Assembly: GCA_964016885.1 (NCBI GenBank) | Contig: OZ024741.1 | Location: 283,526,001 to 283,590,000, forward strand | From: Eledone cirrhosa | Lineage: Eukaryota | DNA length: 64,000 nt | Direction of reading: 5' to 3' | In this document: one piece after another, positions 25,941-39,178 of the stretch | Position numbering within the stretch: position 1 is the stretch's first letter | How the letters are laid out: each line of letters begins with the position of its first letter | The notes under the pieces: model-generated | Database searches by the model: none | Seen by the model: only the letters and a program-made list of their open reading frames with translations | Told to the model about the DNA's origin: nothing | Made by a program: the position numbers and the translations under genes

Positions 25941-26869
25941 TTTAAGAACACATGGAATAACCTTGTGTTTTCTATTATTTGCACAACCAAAACCCTTAGG
26001 GGTGTCCCACTGGATGACCGACATACATACATTTGATCTCAGCCCCACAAGGCAATAAAAACATCAGAAAATATGTTGAGAGCATGACTCTGGCTTAATA
26101 CTGCTGGAAAACATGCTTCTTTTCTCTTTTTTTCATGTTCTTTTCTACATAGAGAAAAAAGTAACACCTGGCCTTTTTCTTACGTTGAAGCATCTCTACA
26201 ATCTCACCTGATCATTCTTTCATTGTGCCTACATTGAATGTATCAGTACTGAAATTATGTAGTTCACCAGAAGGGTGAGAAGAAGATAAAGCTTGGGGAG
26301 GGGAGTGAGAGATGAATTGGTGTTGGTTTTGGTTTTCTATGCCTGAAGTAAAGAGAAGCGTTTGCTTGGTTGTCTGGAGACGGACGGGGGGATGGGTGGA
26401 ATTCATATTCATCATTAGAAATGCTCCAACTCTCCAACTCTGTAGTCCTTTTATCATACAAAACAACAATCAGGCTCATAACAACGTTTAGTAGTAGTAG
26501 TAGTAGTAGCAGAAGTAGCTTTTGGGAAAGAAATTGGGTTTAGAGTGAAACATATTTGTGGTGCGTTTTGATTGGTAGGAGTGAAACTGGAGAATGAATA
26601 CTGACAGGGGGACTGGAAAAGGCCTTTAAAAGAAAACAAAGTTATGAAAGATGGCCGAGGAAAAGAATGGAAATTAGGAAGACAGAATATTTTCGAGTTT
26701 CAATTGAAAACAGAGGAAAAATACTGACAAGAGGGCTAGTGAGAGCCTTTAAACAGAACAATGTAATGATACCTGAAATAGTAAACTATATTAATGGATG
26801 AACACGGTATTGGGAGGAGATGAAAGATGATTTTACATTACTTGAAGAAGTTTTCAAAGCAGCATGAAT

Positions 26870-27390
26870 ATCATCATCATCATCATCATCATCATCGTTT
26901 AACGTCCATCTTCCACGCTTGCCATGGGTTTGGACGGGAATTTTCCCACTTGAGGCAAGATTGGTTGTCTTGCTTGTCTGGCGGGTTTTCTAAGGCTGGA
27001 TGCCCTTCCTAACACCAACCACGTTTACAGTGTGGACTGGGACGTTTTTACCGTGTTACCTACACGGCCACATTACAGCATGGACTGTGTGTTTTTTTTG
27101 TTGTGACACCTACACGACCTCATTTGTTTCAGACTGGATATTGTGGTACCAACATAACTTTACATTTAAGGGGGTGGGGGTAGTGGGACGGGGGTGTATT
27201 TTGGTAAGAGGTGCCTACTGACTGTAGGTTTCGCTTTGTACTTAGGCAAGGCGGGTCTTCTGTATAACTGTGTAGCACCAAAGATCTCGGTCCAGTGACA
27301 TTGTCTTGGAGAGGTGTAAGTGTGTGAGGTCGGAATTTATCAAGTCGTCCCAGGTTTTTCTGGGTCTGCCTACTCTGTGGCTACCGTCTA
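26870..27390 (-). mobile_element. RTE 3' end, same subfamily as the 37971 and 44051 copies
   Basis: Near-identical UTR and the DGSHRVGRPRKTWDDLINSDL coding end. Confidence 0.9.
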
Positions 27391-27425
27391 TTATATATAT
27401 ATATAATATATGATATATATATATA

Positions 27426-27760
27426 TCATCATCATCATTTTACGTCTGCTTTTCCTTGCTTGCAAGGGTGGGATGGGAACTGATTCTGGCTTGATTTCTA
27501 CAGCTGGATGCCCTTCTTAACACCAACCTCATTTACAGTGAGTGCTGGGTGCTTTTTTGCCGTGGCACCTCCACGACCACTTTGCAGTAGAATGATAGGG
27601 ACCTCAGTCCCTATCATCTCATTTCTACAGCTGAGTAAACTGGAGCAATGTGAAATAAAGTGTCTTGCTCAAGGAAACAACACATCACCCGGTCTGAGAA
27701 TTGAATTCACAACCTTTCGATTGCAAGGCCAATGTTCTAACCACTAAACCATGTGTCTCC
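27426..27760 (-). mobile_element. tRNA-derived CORE-type SINE (family B) with an RTE-derived 3' tail
   Basis: Head ggagacacatggtttagtggttag, B-box-like gtgaattcaatt, CORE-like ccttgagcaagacactttatttcac, then RTE 3' UTR and (GAT)n. Confidence 0.75.
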
Positions 27761-27816
27761 ATATATATATATATCATCATCATCATCACTGTTTTACGTC
27801 CATTCTTCTATGCTAG

Positions 27817-28080
27817 TAAAGAAAAGTGATGTTTCTCTTTGTCGAATAAATAAATGCACAATCAAGTCTAACAATCATTTTATTTAATGCAATAATTTAG
27901 TAAATTTCCTACAACGTCAATATTTTGAGGAGCGGATCTTTCCACGTCTGTTCATGTCCGTGGTCCAAAAAGAGTCAGTGAACCTGTGGCTGTGTCCGGG
28001 TGTATTTTTGCCTCCCTTCCCTGAAGGGTTGTTAAGGGGAGGCAACTGCTAGCTACCAAGCGACCATCTCAGCCACTACA
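27817..28080 (-). repeat. 3' LTR (264 bp)
   Basis: Direct repeat of 31493-31734 with 2 mismatches; sense termini TGTAG...CTTTA. Confidence 0.95.
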
Positions 28081-28557
28081 TTCACCTCGGAGCAGATTTT
28101 TTGTCGCAAAATCGTTAACAATGAAGCGAAGGTAGTTTACAAAATGTAGAAGAATGCATCAACAAATCAAAAATTAAAAAAAAAATAATAAATAGGTTCA
28201 TGTCTGCAAGCATTAACACAGCAAAAAAAAAAAAAAAAACGTACAGTAAAAGATGCAAAATGCATGAAAAGATAACACTCTTCGCAATAAAGGGGCCCCA
28301 GATGCGATAAACAAGAAAAAAAATGTTTTGCTAGGCAATGAAAATGCCATATGTAGCATAGTTATAAAAATGCACTAAAAAAAAAGGGACTGTGTCAGAA
28401 TTGACAACAGTCGTAATGTTACGCAAAATATAATATATTGACACTGCCGTAGGCAGTCAAGAACCCATAAGTAACAAAATGCAATGTACAACAAAAACAA
28501 TTGGAAGGAAAAAAAAAAAACAAAAAAAACAAAAAAAAAAAAAAAATACAATTCAGT

Positions 28558-31492
28558 TTATATTACTGCATAGCTTACGAGGCCAATGCACCCTTCGCCC
28601 AGAACGGGTCGTAGTTCTGTGTGTTGATGGTGGGGAGGGTAAGAAATAGGCCTGTGTGGCAAAGAAAAAGAGGGGGGCATTTGAGTTTCAAGTGTCATTG
28701 TGTCATTGTCCAGGTTTGCTCGTTTGAGACGATCAACGGAAACCGTTTCCCTGGAACCCCGAATGTCCAGTGTGAAATGTTTGTCTGTGCGAGCAAGCAC
28801 ACGATAGGGTCCAGAGTACGGCCGTTGAAGAGGGGGTCTCACGGCGTCGTCTCTAACGAACACATGGGTCCACAAGGCAATATCCCTTGGGACGGCAGTT
28901 TTTACAGTCTGCTTCCTAGTGCCCATCGGTGGTAGATCCTTGAAATAAGAGTGAAGCCGGGACACGTAGGAAGCGGGGTCCTGCGAAGTCAGGTCAAAAG
29001 GGGCCAGCATTTGCCCCGGTAACGCCAGAGGCGTACCATAAACTAATTCGGCAGAGGAGAACCCAAGGTCCACCTTTACCGTCGACCGAATACCCAACAA
29101 TACAATGGGTAGGTACTCGCTCCAACGTGAAGAGTCCATGGAAGCCCTTAAGGAGGCTTTGAGCTGCCTGTGGAATCTTTCCACCATTCCGTTTGAGGCT
29201 GGGTGGTAAGCCGTGGTTCTTATTCGAGTAGCCCCCAGGATTTGGGTTAGCTCTCGGAAGAGGTTAGACTCGAATTGACGACCACGATCCGTTGTTATGG
29301 TGGTTGGTACACCGAAACGAGCGATCTACGAAGATACGAGGGTACGGGCTGTGGTTTCGGCGGTGATATCTGTTATAGGGACGGCTTCAGGCCAACGCGA
29401 AAAACGGTCAACAATCGTCAAAAGATACGAAAAACCACGACTAACCGGCCACGGGCCGACGATGTCCACATGAATGTGACGAAATCTTGCATCGGGGCAG
29501 GTGAAGGTTCCGAGAGGAGCCTTAACATGTCTATGAACTTTCGCTTGTTGGCAAGCAACACAGGAACGACACCAAGCAGCAATGTCACGTCTCATACCAG
29601 GCCAGAAAAATCTGGCTGTTATGAGTTTTACTGAGGCTGATACTCCTGGGTGAGAAATGCCATGTAAAGCGAGAAACGCAGTTTGTCGATGTTCCACTGG
29701 GACTAGAGGTCGTGGTGAGTCCAACGAAACATCACACAGTATCTGTCCGTCAGCAGTTGAGATCGGAATGTATTTCAGTTTGCAATGTACAAACTCTGGC
29801 GATGTAACATCCAACGATTCGAGAGTGGGTTGGGCAGCTGCCATTCGATGTAAATCTATCTCCTCGGAAGACGAAATCGATGCGATCGGCAGGCGAGACA
29901 GCGCATCGGCCGCTGTATTCAAAGAACCCGGAATATGTTGAATGTCGTTCGTGAACTGTGAGATGAAGTCCAGATGTCTCGTTTCTCTGGGCGAGTATTT
30001 GTCTGCCTTAGTTCGAAGAGCAAACGTCAAGGGTTTATGATCAGTGAAAATGGTGAATGTTCTACCTTCAAGTACATGAGCAAAATGTTTCACTGATAAA
30101 TAAATTGCTAATAGCTCCCTTCCAAAGGTGCTATAGCGAGTTTCTGCAGGCTTTAACTTCCTCGAAAAGAACTCGAGTGGTTGCTGTACCCCATCACCCT
30201 TCTGCTGTAAGACTGCGCCCACGGCGCTATCCGAAGCATCAACACAGAGCGATAGCTCGGCGTTGGGTACTGGGTGGGCGAGCAAAGACGCGTTCGCTAA
30301 CGCCTTTTTCACTTTTTTAAAATCATCAAGCTGCGTTTCATTTAAGGAAATGTCCATATTCTTACGCCGGCAACCCTTAAAAATCTCTGTCAACGAGAAC
30401 AGCAATTTGGAACAACCAGGTACGAATCGCCTATAAAAATTTACAAGGCCCAGGAATTGACGCAATTGACGCAGTGAACTTGGCGGAGGCAAATCCGATA
30501 CTGCCTTAACCTTCTCAGGAAGAGGTCGAATACCATCGGCGTCAATCAGATGGCCTAAAAATGTTAGTGAAGTCGAGCCGAAAACACACTTGGAAGCATT
30601 AATTCGAACATTATATCTCTGTAAACGACGAAATACGAGATCCAGATGCTTTGAATGCTGCTGAGGGGAAGAACTAGCAATCAACACGTCGTCGATATAC
30701 GTGTACACAAAATCCAGGCCCCGAGTAATATCATCCATAAATCGTTGGAAGGTACTTGCAGCGTTTCTAAGGCCGAAAGGCATAGTGAGGAACTCGAACG
30801 ATCCGAAAGGAGTGGCAATAGCAGTCTTTGGGATATCCTCCTCGTTAACCGGAATTTGGTTATAAGCGCGGATCAAATCAAGCTTAGAAAAGATTCTGCA
30901 ACCCTGCAATGACGACGCAAAATCCTGCAAATGCGGGATTGGATAACGGTCAGGCACAGTAATCGCGTTTAAGCGTCGGTAGTCACCCGTCGGTCTCCAA
31001 TCCCCAGAAGATCTAGGTACCATATGCAGAGGCGATGCCCAAGGACTTGTGGAGCGCCGAATTATTCCCAATTCCAGCATGTGGTCGAATTCAAGACGTG
31101 CAGCTTTTAACTTCTCTGTAGACAATCTTCGAGGACGTGAGAAAACAGGTGGACCTGTAGTGGATATGAAGTGTTCAATCGCATGATCCGGGCTAGTTAT
31201 TCGTAACTTTCCCTGCGTCAACTGAGGGAATGAATGTAGAAGGCTTTGATACTGGTTGCCCACTTCAGCCAAGAAAAAGGAAGGGCTGACGGTGGCGACG
31301 TCCGGCTCTGAACCCTCGAAAGAAAGGCCTGTTTCAGCATCAACAAGGCGTTGTCTGCGAATGTCCACCAACAAGGAAAAATGGTGGAGAAAATCCGCTC
31401 CCAAAATGGCGTATGGCAAGTCGGCGACAGTAAACTTCCACCTCAAATCACGCCGCAAATTTTTTAACCGAAGAGGAAGCGAAATTTGCCCA
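28558..31492 (-). pseudogene. pol: Gypsy pol (partial protease, RT, RNase H, integrase) with a premature stop
   Basis: ILGADFL, YIDD, CVDAS/RELLA/TDHKP/ADALSR, HHCC, D-D-E (HVDIVG, TDRG, VERF), GPY motif; in-frame TAG at 29326-29328; terminal [10 protein letters not shown] lies in a shifted frame. Confidence 0.92.
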
Positions 31493-31734
31493 TTGTCGAA
31501 TAAATAAATGCACAATCAAGTCTAACAATCATTTTATTTAATGCGATAATTTAGTAAATTTCCTACAACGTCAATATTTTGAGGAGCGGATCTTTCCACG
31601 TCTGTTCATGTCCGTGGTCCAAAAAGAGTCAGTGAACCTGTGGCCGTGTCCGGGTGTATTTTTGCCTCCCTTCCCTGAAGGGTTGTTAAGGGGAGGCAAC
31701 TGCTAGCTACCAAGCGACCATCTCAGCCACTACA
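31493..31734 (-). repeat. 5' LTR lacking its last 22 bp
   Basis: Identity with the 3' LTR stops at 31493, where it fuses directly to protease-coding sequence. Confidence 0.93.
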
Positions 31735-32131
31735 CTAGCATAGGTTAGACAGGTTGTCCTGTTGTGGGCAATGCCAGATCAGGTGACTATGACTTGCTCA
31801 TACTGAACTGATTTTGGCTTGATTTCTATAGCTGGATGCCCTTCCTAACACCAACCTCATTAAAAGTGAGTACTGGGTGCTTTTTTTACCGTAGCGCCTA
31901 CACGACCACTTTACAATGTGGACTAGGTGATTTTTGTCGGTGACATATATACGACCACTTTACAGTGGGATGGGGTGGGGGTATACTGTCTATATGCTTC
32001 AGCTTCGGCTTGTACCCATGGGAAGTCAGGTCTTCTGTATTACTGCGTAATGCCAGAGGTCTCGGTCCTGTGTCATCGCCTTTGAGAAGTGCAATTGGGC
32101 AAGATCAGCTTTTATCACCTCATCCCAGGTC
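31735..32131 (-). mobile_element. RTE 3' end, host of the Gypsy insertion (continues at 27775-27816)
   Basis: catcatcactgttttacgtccattcttctatgctag joined to cataggttagacagg restores the RTE terminus. Confidence 0.85.
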
Positions 32132-32861
32132 ATATATATATGTATGTATTTTGGTTATTGTCTTCAACACATAAATGTTGCTACTTCTGGTTTCAAATTT
32201 TGCATGTATACTAAATTGTGCACTCGCATGGATACATGCACGCATCGTTATATTTCAAGCAACTGTAAACAAAGATAGACTAGTCTATTTACGTAAGGTC
32301 TCGTTAGATGCAAGGGGGATAACCCTAAGTCTTAATTAATCTTTTATTTTCTTAATGCATGGAAATAACTCTTGCTAGTAATATAGTTAATCAGCTACTA
32401 ATTAAACTGTTTTGCCTAACTCAGGTGGAATGACTCTGGCTAATATGGTATATCATGATGTGTATAAGAGTCAAATATTAATTATGTGTGTATATGCCTT
32501 TATGTGTATCTTGGTGTGAATTTCCCTAAAGTGTTTATGGGTTTGTGATATTACTATGAAATTGGTTATGAAGTGTAAAGTCATATTTCAGGGTTTGTAT
32601 GGGATATGTATTATAAGTGTATGTTTGTATATCTAAATATACATATCCAGGTGTGGTGTCTAAGGTTTGTGATAGTGCTGGCCCATGCTACAAGCGGATA
32701 TGCGTTCATATGTGGGTATAAGGAAGCATGTATCTGCGCAAAGCACAATCTAGCATACCTGCAGGGTTTGAAATCAAAGGTACCAACATTTATGTGTTAA
32801 AGAGAATAACCATAATATTTTAGCTCTGTTCTTTGCTTAAGAACTTCCAACACTATATATA

Positions 32862-33416
32862 TTTGGATTTGGATTTCGTATTTCTAAAGAACTACGGTAT
32901 GTTTATAAATAAACATTTTGAAAGCCATAGCTATGAATAACACTGGCAGCTAATGCCACCAAGCGGTGTTCGGCAAAAGCAAAGGGGACAATGGTCGATG
33001 CATTTCGAACTCAACTGGCTCTCGTCAGGACGATCTCTTTCACTCTTGCAACTGCCGGACTTTGAAAACAGGTGAAAATATATAGTTTTTTCATCTGTGT
33101 AAATGAGGTGATTAATCTCATTTTCATATGAAGCTGTATAAGTTGGCTCTACTTAAAATGGAATAGAATTAGAATTTAGCTTTGAACAAAGCTGTATATA
33201 GATATGTATTTGTATTTCTAAAGAAATACGGCATGTTTATAAATCAACATTTAGAAAGCCATAGCTATGAATAACACTGGCAGCCAATGCCACCAAGCGG
33301 TGCTCGGCTATGGCTTTCTAAATGTTTATTCATTAACATACCCTATTTCTTTAGAAATACAAAATTCAAATACATATTTGTATACAGCTATGTTCGAAGC
33401 TAAATTCTAATCTATT
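32862..33416. mobile_element. Penelope pLTR/retrozyme-like repeat: direct duplication (~334-bp spacing) plus inverted copy
   Basis: 32862-32975 is repeated at ~33200-33308; inverted arms 33162-33265 and 33307-33416; contains a hammerhead motif. Confidence 0.65.
32991..33035 (-). ncRNA. Minimal type I hammerhead ribozyme
   Basis: Minus strand gatcGTC-CTGACGA-GAGC-cagttga-GTTC-GAAA-TGCA-TC-GACcat: intact core, stem II, palindromic stem III. Confidence 0.7.
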
Positions 33417-33730
33417 ATATAGATGGCAATTTCTGTCTGTCTGTGTATAACCAGTTGGCGCCTACACCAGTGATCTGATCCTGATGAAACTTTACACACA
33501 TATTAAGCTAATATTCAGAAACAGAACTGGCTAATTAGATTTCAATAAACATCAATAATGGAACCCCTGGGGACATCTTTACAATGGAGGATGAAAGAGA
33601 AGATATTTCAGTGAGAGAGGGGGAAGAGGAGATACTACTACTGTATGTTAAACTCTCCCTTCCACTACTCCCCTTCCTCCTCCCACAACTCAGTCCTCCA
33701 AAACGAGGCAACAACTTATTAGATATCATA
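33410..33730. mobile_element. Possible non-autonomous Helitron/MITE-like element
   Basis: Starts tctattatatagatggc, followed by (ctgt)n and gatcctgatgaaactttacac; recognised by pattern only. Confidence 0.3.
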
Positions 33731-35069
33731 ATATAATAAAGTGAGGAGTGTGCGGGACTGTGTCCTGAATATATTTTTTTATCCTGTTAGTAAAATAAGT
33801 CAGATTACTTTGAATAAATAATTAATGAATATTACATAATTTATGTACTAAATTTATAAACATAAATATTCTTATATATAATGATTGCTTATTTTAAGAT
33901 TCACTTCTTTTAAAATTTTCAAATCTCAATACTTCCGGTTATGATATAATGGACTCTATATTATAATGCTTATATAAACGTTCATATATTTGCATCGTTA
34001 TATCATAACGTTTATTTTGCGTATATCAATATGCACACTACACATACTAGCAGAAAACCACCCAAAGGGGAGGGGGTTCTACTAGTATACATAAAGAAAT
34101 TTCAAACAAAGCAGACAACAATAATTTTGGTTGATGGCTGAACAGATGTCTCTCTCTCTCTCTATATATATATATCACATCCACTGATATGGATTCTGAA
34201 CATGTGAACACACTTAGGTCACATTAAGGTCAACTGCAGGAATCGGTGATAAGTTACAAAAACGTATGATGATCAATGACCTGGAAGTTGGCTTACCATG
34301 AGATTAGCCTGAACTATAAAACCGAAATTGTATGTTGATGAATACTTGTACTCCCACCATGTTAATTGTAACATGCCGTCTTTGAGAGTAGAGTTTATTT
34401 TGGCGATATTTTGAGGTGTCGGATTGTGGGAAGATTAACACAAATTAAGAAGATGTAACTTCTCCCCCATTATTGACACTTTGCAACAGTGAATGCTACA
34501 AGGCCCTCTTGAGGGTCAACACTTCTGATTGATTATCTGACTTATTATGGTGTGTTTTCTCGGGTTATGTCTACTATAGGGGGAAAACGGGATGGTTTTA
34601 TTGAATTGCTTCAGTTATTCGAAGGGCTTTATAAACGGTGATATACAGGGTGCTTGAACAGAACCTGAATATGTTCACTTGGTTATAATTTCTTCAATAA
34701 TTGCGATGACTTCCTCAATTGTTCTGTGTTTGTTCTTGAGTGTTAAGGCAGTAAGTTTGCTATTCTTATACAGAAGTTTGCTGAATAAGTTTGATACTCT
34801 TCGAAAGCTGGATGGAAGAATGGAAGAAGGACTTATGACTTAAACAGCTATTGATAGTTCCACACAAAAAATTGATCTGCCATAAACACACCTAGTAAAG
34901 GTTGCTATTGAAAATCCAGTATGGGCGCCCAGGGTCACTAGCATTTTCAGGCGCACTCTGGGAACTGCAAATAATCCCCACCTTTCCTTGGTATTACCGG
35001 ATACTGCAGCTAGTTCTATTATATATATATATATATATACACATATATATCCATTCATATATATATATG

Positions 35070-35100
<31 letters not shown>

Positions 35101-35101
35101 G

Positions 35102-35132
<31 letters not shown>

Positions 35133-35899
35133 CGGAAAAAATGAAATTTCATTTCTCACTCTTAGTACGGCTGATACTTAAATGTAAGTATGTATACATA
35201 TATATATATAGATGTACAGTAGTATATACATACATATATGCACACATATATATATGTATATATGGGTTTACAGAACATTTATTATAATGCTCGGTTTGTT
35301 TGTAAACAAACAGCACAAATTATTAGCCGTACAGTGTGGACTGGGCGCTTTTTATCATGAATCTGACACAACCCCTTTACAGTGTGGGCTGGGCACTTTT
35401 TGTCATGTTACCAATATGACCACTTTACAGTGTAGGCTGGATACTTTTTGTTTTGCCACCTACACGACCACTTAATAGGGGATTTTGTATCTTGCATGAT
35501 TTCACCTAAATAATACATCAATCTTCAACACACCTTATTAAAACACAAATGGATATATCCACATTCAATTATTTTTCTACGAAGCAGCTCCTTCTGTTGA
35601 GCTCTAAATTACTTTACCAAGACCCAAGGACCACTTACCGATGTCCCTAAAGAATATACCCATACTAGACATCGATTTGCCATAAACTTCCAATAAATAG
35701 TGTAAACTCATTTATCAGAAGAATCAGATGGCGCACCTTCCATTATGAAAATGGATTCCAAACTTACTGAAGCCCTCCACACAATGTTTTATTAAATAAT
35801 TTTGTAGAATACTTGGTCAACTGGATCAAGAACATTAAATTAATAAAGCCTTTCCTATATATAAACCCCTTTTGAATTATTTGAATTCAACTAAACACA

Positions 35900-37765
35900 G
35901 TTTTACTAGTTCTAGCTGACAACACTAAAAGTATAAATTTCCATACCTAAACATCCTTCATGTATAAAGAATTAAACAAAAACTATATAAAAAAAATACT
36001 CAGGAATACAGTTAATAGATTAGATCTTGAAAAGTATATGGAACCTTATATGTCCAGATTTACCTTAAAAGACCATAAAGCAGTCCTTAATAATAACCCT
36101 TCAATTAGACTTATATGTCCCTCTATTTCAGATATAGGAAAAATTAGCAAAAAGATACTATATAGGATAATACCTACCATAAAACAAAAAATAATAACCT
36201 TGCATTTATGGGATAACACCAACAAGATAATAAATTGTTTCCCTCTTCTAGAAGACAAAAAAAAAATGAGTTTTATACAGTTCAATAGAGATAATTATTA
36301 CTCTTCCATCTCCCCAAACCTTCTAACATGGCTTTAATTATGGTAAAAAGATTAAGTAAATTAACTAGAGCTGAAATCCTTGCTACAAGGAAGACTATAA
36401 TTGAGTTTGATAGGAACCCTAGAACCAGAACCCCCCCCCCCCCCTGCATCCCCCAATAACTTTGATATCGCTATGGGATCAAGTGAATCGGCTTAGGTTA
36501 TTGACCCTATAGGTCTTTTCTTATTAAGTAAACTAAAAAGCATCTTCCCTTTCTTAAAGGAGGCTTATATCATGATGGTGCACTCTTCACACTTTATAGT
36601 AATTGTAGAAACCTAGAAAGAATTAAAAAAACAATTACATAGGTTCTTTAAAAAGTATAACTTAATTATAACTATCGATACTAATAACAAATTAGTAAAT
36701 TTCCTAGATGTTACCTTTAAACTAAATACTGGACTATATAAACCTTTTTATAAACCTGGTGAACAGCTTTTCTATGTCAATAATCTCTCCAATCACTCCA
36801 AGTCTATACTTAAGTCTATAATAAATAACGTATCTAATAGGATCTCTAGGCTATCTTCTAATAGTATAATCCTTGACCAGAACACTGAGGTATCAGTTAG
36901 ATCAGGTTACAATGGAGAAATCCAGTATAACTTAATAATAACGATAGAAATAGAAATTTTAATATAATCTTACAATATGACATTACCTAAATCTAGATTT
37001 GATGTCAATTTGTATCTAACATAAATGAACCTCAGGAATTGATGACTGCCTCTTGTATTACTACTGTTAATTATAAACCTAACACATATAGTAATAACAT
37101 GAATGTAATTGAAAACGCATGTGGTAGTGATAATATTAACAACAACAATAATAATCTAACTAGGAAGAACAACAAGTGGAAGAGTAAGAACAATAATAAC
37201 AATAGACATATCAATGTAAAATCTTATAAAAATCATCCACTTAAGCTTCCACATTCAACACATGTTACTGGTCCAAATCCTAACAATTCTAGGACTTTTA
37301 ATCTCTTGAAGTCTAGTAACAGCAAATCATGTAGAAATAGTAATGAACATAACTCTTGTGTTATACCAGATAACTTCTATCAATCATTAAAAACTAATAC
37401 TCTAACTCTAGGAACCCAGCCACCTGGTTTAATCCACTCGATGGCAAACATGTGGCTTCTAATATATTCAAATTGTTCTTTGGAGAAAAACTTTCCCCAA
37501 ATCCATAAAAATCCTAATTTTCTAAATATAAACATGATCAAGCACCTCCAATTTAACTGATTACTTAGCCTCTAGTAATAACATAAAAGTTTTAAAATAT
37601 ACTAGAATATCTGGCAATTTTAATAACACAAACCAAGTAAATACACCGATGAGTTTGAATCGTGCTAACCCTGATCAGGGCAAATTCTCTTTGACTAACT
37701 AGCTCCTAGTAAGCCAACTGTTAACCTAACTGCAATTGTAGAAACCTGGAAACATGCCCGCTTAA
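35900..37765 (+). mobile_element. Penelope-like element RT remnant
   Basis: IRLICPSISDIGKISK, FIQFN..NYYSSIS, FDIAMGS, GLYHDG (decayed YRDD), VNFLDVTF, LSNHS, NCNCRNLETCPL linker. Confidence 0.8.
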
Positions 37766-37970
37766 GATTTGCAGGAATGGAAATTATTTAAGAGGAAGCT
37801 GCAAACAGGTTGAGGTAAAAAGCATTATTTATCTAATATTTACGATGTTATTATTAATTTTCATTATACAGTTAGAATAATATTTGTTATTAGATTTGCA
37901 GGATTGGAAATTATTTACGATGCAATAGCAAGTCATAAACATTTAGCATTAAAAATGAATATATATATAT

Positions 37971-38960
37971 GCCCACAAAATACTAGCTCTTTCAACTGCG
38001 AAGAGGGTTCTATAGAAATAGTGGACAGCTTCCGTTACCTGGGTGACAAAATCAGCAGTGGGGGAGGGTGCTCTGAAAGTACAGTAGCTAGAGTCAGAAC
38101 TGGGTGGAAAAAGTTCAGAGAGCTTATACCACTATTAGCCGCTAAAGGGTTCTCCCTAAAAATGAAAGGCAGGCTGTACGATGCCTGCATACGAACAGCA
38201 ATGTTGCATGGCAGTGAGACCTGGGCATTGTGTGCAGAGGATATACGCAGACTAGAGAGAAACGAAGCTTGCATGCTCCGCTGGATGTGTAATAGTAATA
38301 TACGTGAACGACAAAGCATAAAAGAACTAAGGAAAAAATTAGAAATAAGAGGGATCAGATGTTGTTTACTAGAGAGAAGGCTACGTTGGTATGGTCACGT
38401 GATGCGCATGAAGGATGATAGCTGTATAACAAAGTGCAGGGCAATAAAGATAGACGGTAGCCACGGAATAGGCAGACCCAGAAAAACCTGGGACGAGCTG
38501 ATAAACTCCGACCTCACACACTTACACCTCACCAAGACAATGTCACTGGACCGAGACCTTTGGCGGTACTCAGTAATAGAGAAGACCCGCCTTGCCAGTA
38601 GGCATCTCTAACAAAATACACCCCATCCCACCACCACCACCACCCCATCCACACCACCCCGTTCTATGTAAAGTTATGTTGGTGCCGCGCCATCCAGGCC
38701 GAAACAAATGAGATCGTGTAGGTGTCACGACAAAAAAACACACAGTACACGCTGTAATGTGGCCGTGTAGGCAACACGGTAAAAACCTCCCAGACCCACA
38801 CTGTAAATGTGGTTGGTGTTAGGAAGGGCATCCAACTGTAGAAAACCTGCCAGACAGTCCTATGCGAGCAAGAAAATCACTCTTGCCTCAAGTGGGACTA
38901 CCCCCGTCCAAACCCATGCAAGCATGGAACACGGACGTTAAACGTTGATGATGATGATGA

Positions 38961-38965
<5 letters not shown>
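37971..38965 (+). mobile_element. Young 5'-truncated RTE LINE
   Basis: Open ORF C-terminus (FRYLGD...LRWYGHV...GRPRKTW), complete 3' UTR, (GAT)n tail. Confidence 0.95.
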
Positions 38966-38998
<33 letters not shown>

Positions 38999-39040
38999 TA
39001 AGAAATGGAGAATCAGTGGTGCGACGAATTAAAATTTATT

Positions 39041-39137
39041 AGACATATTACAATCGTTTCTCTGGCGACCAGCTTGAGGCACGACCAATGTGATGATCGA
39101 ACCTGACTCTGAAATCGCAAGATCCTCAGATACATCT
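39041..39137 (-). ncRNA. Type I hammerhead ribozyme, mirror copy
   Basis: Minus strand AGATGTAT-CTGAGGA-TCT...AGA-GAAAC-gatt-GTA-ATATGTCT; stem I retained with two G-U pairs. Confidence 0.75.
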
Positions 39138-39178
39138 CAATATTTCGAAGATTTTGGAAACTCTGCTTCGAAAGATCG

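Larger units (their letters stand above)
27817..31734 (-). mobile_element. Ty3/Gypsy LTR retrotransposon, gag-deleted, inserted into an RTE 3' end
   Basis: LTRs at 27817-28080 and 31493-31734; CTAG TSD at 27813-27816 and 31735-31738; PR-RT-RH-IN order; the flanks rejoin as an RTE terminus. Confidence 0.95.

Noticed and set aside
29326-29328. Programmed stop read-through in Gypsy pol
   Set aside because: The TAG replaces an expected Trp inside the integrase core, not at a gag-pol boundary; a nonsense mutation is simpler
31493-31515. Domesticated pol gene starting in the LTR
   Set aside because: The start is an artefact of the deletion junction; the LTRs are young and the integrase is broken
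37039-37560. 173-aa Asn-rich ORF as a host gene
   Set aside because: Lies within the Penelope-like remnant between RT and the CNC linker; low complexity
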